From Porphyridium purpureum (Eukaryota): 64,000 bases of DNA. Shown here piece by piece: positions 59,626 to 64,000 of this stretch. The stretch covers positions 3,100,001-3,164,000 of the forward strand of contig VRMN01000001.1 in the NCBI GenBank assembly GCA_008690995.1. Direction: 5' to 3'. Every line of letters starts with the position of its first letter. The first letter of the stretch is position 1. Under the pieces are notes generated by a model. That model had not been told where the DNA came from, made no database searches, and saw only the letters and a list, made by a program, of their open reading frames with translations. Made by a program: the position numbers and the translations under genes.

Positions 59626-60347
59626 CTTTCCCTAATCCCAGCCAGTAAATGTCAAGCTACGAATCCGCAAACTCGTGGCAGAACGTCCGTCGCCGACCTC
59701 CGCGCACCTTGTCAAAGCTCTTATGGATAGGTCTTCTCGCAGTTTCTGCGATTTCCGCGTCAACTGTCGGTCCACCTTGACGCTCTCCAGCACAAGTCCC
59801 TTCCACCAGTGCCAAGCTTCTGTCTGCTCTTGTCTGGCCCTCCGCCCCGGATGTCTGCCTTGTCTTCCTACATGACCGTTTCAAATGCCCCTCTTCCCCT
59901 CTGTTTTCAAATTTTCAAAAAATGGCTCACAGTAGCGGGCAACTGTACTTTTCTTTAGAACTGTACCTTTTCAGGTTCGGAAGGCAGGTGTGAATCCGTC
60001 AGGGCCTTGCAGCACGCAGGCGGAGAGGAAAAAAAAAAGGGAGGATGCATGCGGCGGGCCTCTATGCCATGCTCTCAGTACGTCAGTCAACGATTACGCG
60101 TATCGGCACTTCTAGTCGGAAAGCGGCGTATCATGTTGTGGCCAGAATGAAGACCGATTCCAAAGCTGGCGCCGGTCGAATAGAGAATGGAAAGCATACT
60201 TGGCATGCGCCTTTTGTCGACCATCATCGCCAATTCTCTGTTGATGCAGATGTTTCAGAAGCTTTGCTTCTACAACAATGAAAGTGCGCCCAAAGAGACG
60301 GCTCTCACAGGGTCAAAAGCGCCATGCTCAAGGTCCGGGCGCTCGCC

Positions 60348-61415
60348 TCAATTGGTCAGCGGAAAATGCAGCTTGCGGACCGATTCCGGTAGATCACGAA
60401 TCTCCGTAATACTCTCAGAGCAAAGCCAAATGGTAAGCGCATATCGCCGCTTGCTACGATCCAAAGGTTCGCCAGCGCAAGCAACCGAAACCTCTGCATT
60501 ACCTTGTGACTTTGAATTTAACATGGGAGTAACCGAATGGACGAGCGCATCACTCCAAAATACGACGAGACGATCCGCCACTGGCTCAATGTCGCGATAG
60601 ACAGAGCTGTCCGTGCTGCTGAACGCGCGAAAGCACCCGCCGTCGCCACGCTTGTACATGGGATTCATATAATACAGGATGGATATCTTTCTCAAATCAC
60701 CTGCGCCACCGTTATCAATGTGCTTATCGTAAGCCGCGCCACCATTGGTACAAACTGCGAGTTTGTTAGACTGCAGCTTAGTACTGAGTGCCGCGCGTCC
60801 CTTGAGCGCATGATTGAGAACCGTTCCAAGCACGCTCGTCATGTGGACAATGTACTCAACCAGCTTGGGCGCCATGTCATACTGCGTGTTTCCGCCCATA
60901 ACCTGCATAGCGTAGACGTGCTCCTTTTCGTAGATGCGGTTTTGTCGGGCGTCAATCGATTGGCTCTTCACAAAGAGGCCAGGAGTCTCGGAGGACATAT
61001 CGTACATCTTTTCGGCCTCTCGTCGCATCTGCGCCGACAGCGTCGCTCCTAAAAAATTGTCACAGACGTACACGGCATCATCGCCCCGCTTGAGCTCATC
61101 CACCAAATCATCAGCTATCCGCGTCATCCCCTCACTCACAGCCCGCCTGAAAACCGTCGAATTGTGTGCCCCGGGCTCCCCGCTGTTGTCAACCGCGGGC
61201 TTCGGCGGTCTCGACTCTTTCGCCCTGCCATCAGCGCGAGCGCCAAAACCTGACGCCGACCCGAAGCCGGTAGCTTGCAGCACTTTAACGCGCGAGATCG
61301 CGCGTTTCGCCGGCGCCGAGCAACGTCTCCCCGCACACGCGCAACACAGCTTTTGAGAGTCAACGCGGAGGCTGGCCACGCTGAGTGTTTCAAAAGCGCA
61401 GACGCGCGTATACAT
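60348..61415 (-). CDS. 2OG-Fe(II) oxygenase, EGLN/prolyl-4-hydroxylase-like, with transit-peptide-like N-terminus
   Basis: YDKHIDN (HxD), ISILYYMN, GGCFR, EPVADRLVVFWSD...HSVTP, RYALTIW; start 61415 or 61490. Confidence 0.88.
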   Translation of the reverse strand: MYTRVCAFETLSVASLRVDSQKLCCACAGRRCSAPAKRAISRVKVLQATGFGSASGFGARADGRAKESRPPKPAVDNSGEPGAHNSTVFRRAVSEGMTRIADDLVDELKRGDDAVYVCDNFLGATLSAQMRREAEKMYDMSSETPGLFVKSQSIDARQNRIYEKEHVYAMQVMGGNTQYDMAPKLVEYIVHMTSVLGTVLNHALKGRAALSTKLQSNKLAVCTNGGAAYDKHIDNGGAGDLRKISILYYMNPMYKRGDGGCFRAFSSTDSSVYRDIEPVADRLVVFWSDALVHSVTPMLNSKSQGNAEVSVACAGEPLDRSKRRYALTIWLCSESITEIRDLPESVRKLHFPLTN

Positions 61416-62505
61416 GATGGCGGCGGGGCCAGCGATGTGCTGTTTCGCGCTCAGCGATGTCTTTCTATCTCGAAGCCGCAGCGCGTACATCAGAATACTT
61501 CAAAGCGTGGTGCAACCCAAGACAGTTTGCCCTTCGCACACCAGATGCAGAAGAACCAAGGTGGTTGCCGCGAGAACAAGCCACACGAGCAGCGCGCTAA
61601 GTGTGCGCCAAGACGTTCAGGATGGATGCACGGTGCAGATTCATGAGAGGTGGTCGCCAGCCGGGCGAAAGGGCTCGCAAGGCGCTTTTCGAGAACACTT
61701 GATGAGCATTGAAGAGCAAGAATCGGGTGAAGTGCCGGAAGGGACAGCGCGCGTTCACATATGGCAAGTGCCATTTTCAGACTTGACCGAAGAGTCGCTT
61801 CTCGCGGGCATGCGGATAGTGGACGCACTCAGCACACAAGAGCGCGAAGAGGCAGGGCGCAAACCTGATTCTGTTTTTCGGAGGAATTTTGTTGTATCTC
61901 GCGCATTCTTGAGGACCGTTCTGGACAAGTACACAGAGCATGATGCCCGCGAGCTCAACATTGCAAGAGAGACTCGAGGAAAGCCGTATCTGCCTGACTT
62001 TCCAGACATTTGCTTCAACGTATGCCACACCGATGAGCAGTTCTTTGTCGCTGTCGCACACGCGCGCAGTATTGGTGTGGACGCAGAAAGTACGCAAAGG
62101 CGCCTTTCCGATCCCCGGCAGCTCGCCCGGCGATGGTTTTCGCTTGCAGACCGGCAATGGCTTGACCAGCTCGCTGCACAGGACGTGTCGCCCGGGTCAC
62201 TCAGTACAGCGTTTTTGCGAGTGTGGACAATGAAGGAGTCGTACGTCAAGGCCACTGGTCAGGGTATTGCCCGCTCGTTCAAGTCTTTCACTGTGGCTCC
62301 TCGACAGGAAGGGTATACGTGCAAAGAGCAAGCAGGAGAAGGAGACTGCGAATGGTGCACGGTTTCGTTCGACTCTGCTGACGCGAGGCACATAATGGGA
62401 CTCACGTTCGCGGCGACAACGCTTCCGAAAAGATCCTCTACATTGCAACGTCTGTCAGTGTTTATGTGCTGTGGGGCGCACTTATTTACAAAATGCGGAC
62501 TTTGA
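61414..62505 (+). CDS. Sfp-type 4'-phosphopantetheinyl transferase with transit-peptide-like N-terminus
   Basis: RGKPYL, FNVCHT, IGVDAE, FLRVWTMKESYVKATGQGI. Confidence 0.9.
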   Translation: MMAAGPAMCCFALSDVFLSRSRSAYIRILQSVVQPKTVCPSHTRCRRTKVVAARTSHTSSALSVRQDVQDGCTVQIHERWSPAGRKGSQGAFREHLMSIEEQESGEVPEGTARVHIWQVPFSDLTEESLLAGMRIVDALSTQEREEAGRKPDSVFRRNFVVSRAFLRTVLDKYTEHDARELNIARETRGKPYLPDFPDICFNVCHTDEQFFVAVAHARSIGVDAESTQRRLSDPRQLARRWFSLADRQWLDQLAAQDVSPGSLSTAFLRVWTMKESYVKATGQGIARSFKSFTVAPRQEGYTCKEQAGEGDCEWCTVSFDSADARHIMGLTFAATTLPKRSSTLQRLSVFMCCGAHLFTKCGL

Positions 62506-62523
62506 AAGGATACTTCGCAGCGC

Positions 62524-64000
62524 CTAAACCCCAGATATGTAGCATGCTGCGTGCAAAGAGTGTTTCTGCCCAAACCGGTTCCTTTCCGATAAGACCAGCT
62601 TGGAGAACGAGTCCAGATGCGAGATGAAATGGCCTGCACGCACGCAGACCGCGTAATCAAGCATGCTCGCTGTACCCATGCGTTCCATACGCGGGGCGCC
62701 TTCGTCGAGAAGAAGCTCCTGGAGATCCTGGTCGGTCACATATGACGCACCGGGAAAACTCTCATGTAGCTTATCGAGGATATTGAGCACCTTGCTTTGA
62801 ACTTCCTTATTCCGCGGATTCTCGCCACCCTTCATGCCATTGTTGAGTAAGTCTGTGGCAAGGTAGAATCTTGTGCTGGAAGAAGCTACTTTCTTGGCTT
62901 CTTGTGCTAATCTCTTGATACATGAGGTGCCCCACTCGTACACCTTTTCTCCGTCCGGGTCATAGTTATTGAGCGACAGCTCTTGCATGGCGCGGCCCAC
63001 ACGCAAATGAATAGCCACCACATTCGCCGGGTTCAACTGCTTGCGTTCGAGCATACGGTCCGCTCGGTGATACGCGCTTTCAGAGAAAACGAGGGCATCG
63101 TGTGCTCGTTTCATTGCGCCTTCTTGCTCCGCAGTCAGATTCACAATGAAAGACTGCTTTCTGAAATTGAGCATCGCAATCGTAGTCGGCACGTCCGCAG
63201 CAGGCACGCTGGCTTGACTTCTTGGCGACAGCTGCTGTGCGAGCTCAAAGTATGCATCGAGAGCGGCTTTGGCGTTGTTCATTCGTCTGACGGCAGCATG
63301 CGATGTACACAGGAGTGCAGCAGCCCACACATGCTCCGACAATGCGTAAAAGCCGAGGGCGTTGCGTTCAGAAGGAAATACAGATTGGTCTTTGAAATAT
63401 GTGGCTGCCTCCTCCATATCACATTTCCAGGCCAGTTCGCCGCCTCCCTTGCCTCCAGCTCGCACAGCTTCTGGTCCCCACACGAAGACTACGACGGCAT
63501 CAATAATGGAGACGTGCTGCCAGGTATTCGCCTTCAGGAATACCGAGCTACGCACGGCCCAGCTATCGTAATCGATCACGTGTCCAAACGTACGCTTGAG
63601 ATGCACGACTGAAAAATAGTCGTCCAACGTTCCCACCGACAAGCCGCGCTTTACAAAGTCTGGCGGCAGCTTCATTTGCGCTTGAATTTTGGCCTCAAAT
63701 ACAAATGGAACAACAAGATTGTAGTCTGCCTCTTGCGCACAAACCAGCACCTCTACAAGCGCTTTGCGCATATTGTAAATCCGTTCCCATGCGTCAAAGA
63801 GCAAGACAAACCGATTGCTGACTGCCTCTGCCACATTGAAGGTATGGTCATCGGCACGCTCCTGTGCACCTGTCGTGATCGTAGAATTAGACCGCTGTTG
63901 TGACAATCCTGCCTGCTCCGACCAATCTGAAACATCAACGGAGTGCGCGGGCACAGATTCCTGCCGCGCGTCACCTGCGTGCAAGCTTACCCCCACTCGT
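62524..64000 (-). CDS. O-fucosyltransferase-like glycosyltransferase (5' end beyond window)
   Basis: VAIHLRVG, FYLATD, LDYAVCVRAGHFI...SFS motifs of the GDP-fucose transferase fold; frame open to the right edge. Confidence 0.75.
   Translation of the reverse strand, partial: RVGVSLHAGDARQESVPAHSVDVSDWSEQAGLSQQRSNSTITTGAQERADDHTFNVAEAVSNRFVLLFDAWERIYNMRKALVEVLVCAQEADYNLVVPFVFEAKIQAQMKLPPDFVKRGLSVGTLDDYFSVVHLKRTFGHVIDYDSWAVRSSVFLKANTWQHVSIIDAVVVFVWGPEAVRAGGKGGGELAWKCDMEEAATYFKDQSVFPSERNALGFYALSEHVWAAALLCTSHAAVRRMNNAKAALDAYFELAQQLSPRSQASVPAADVPTTIAMLNFRKQSFIVNLTAEQEGAMKRAHDALVFSESAYHRADRMLERKQLNPANVVAIHLRVGRAMQELSLNNYDPDGEKVYEWGTSCIKRLAQEAKKVASSSTRFYLATDLLNNGMKGGENPRNKEVQSKVLNILDKLHESFPGASYVTDQDLQELLLDEGAPRMERMGTASMLDYAVCVRAGHFISHLDSFSKLVLSERNRFGQKHSLHAACYISGV

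Noticed and set aside
633..64000. GT61 + O-acetyltransferase + O-fucosyltransferase as a polysaccharide gene cluster
   Set aside because: They are 18-40 kb apart and separated by unrelated housekeeping genes.

Overview
This is a gene-dense, nearly intron-free eukaryotic nuclear region with roughly 30 protein genes; no rRNA, tRNA, CRISPR array or intact transposon was recognised. Compact spacing, eukaryote-only genes, a cyanobacterial/plant-type menA and an MAFV-type transit peptide point to a unicellular red alga (Porphyridium-like; inference). Recognisable products are a GT61 glycosyltransferase, three LITAF proteins, ZW10, an NTF2/SnoaL-like protein, an Rdx (SelW-like) protein, an RCC1 protein, DCAF13/Sof1, MenA, an inositol polyphosphate kinase, a bacterial-type AT3-SGNH O-acetyltransferase, a METTL21-like methyltransferase, a C2H2 factor, a DDB1/SF3B3-like propeller, ECO1, NAP/SET, ARP5, UFL1, FAM136A, a family A DNA polymerase, spliced RPB8, PAT1, a Dsn1-like protein, an EGLN-like oxygenase, an Sfp-type PPTase and an O-fucosyltransferase. 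The most notable observations are: (1) a 1718-aa PolI-type polymerase with two tandem, apparently inactive 5'-3' nuclease-like domains and a degenerate proofreading domain; (2) a GTACAGT heptamer clustered in upstream intergenic regions; (3) a tandem trio of orphan Arg/Ser-rich, Cys-motif genes; (4) head-to-head genes whose candidate ATGs overlap in one CATG. All family calls come from motif recognition by eye, not database searches.
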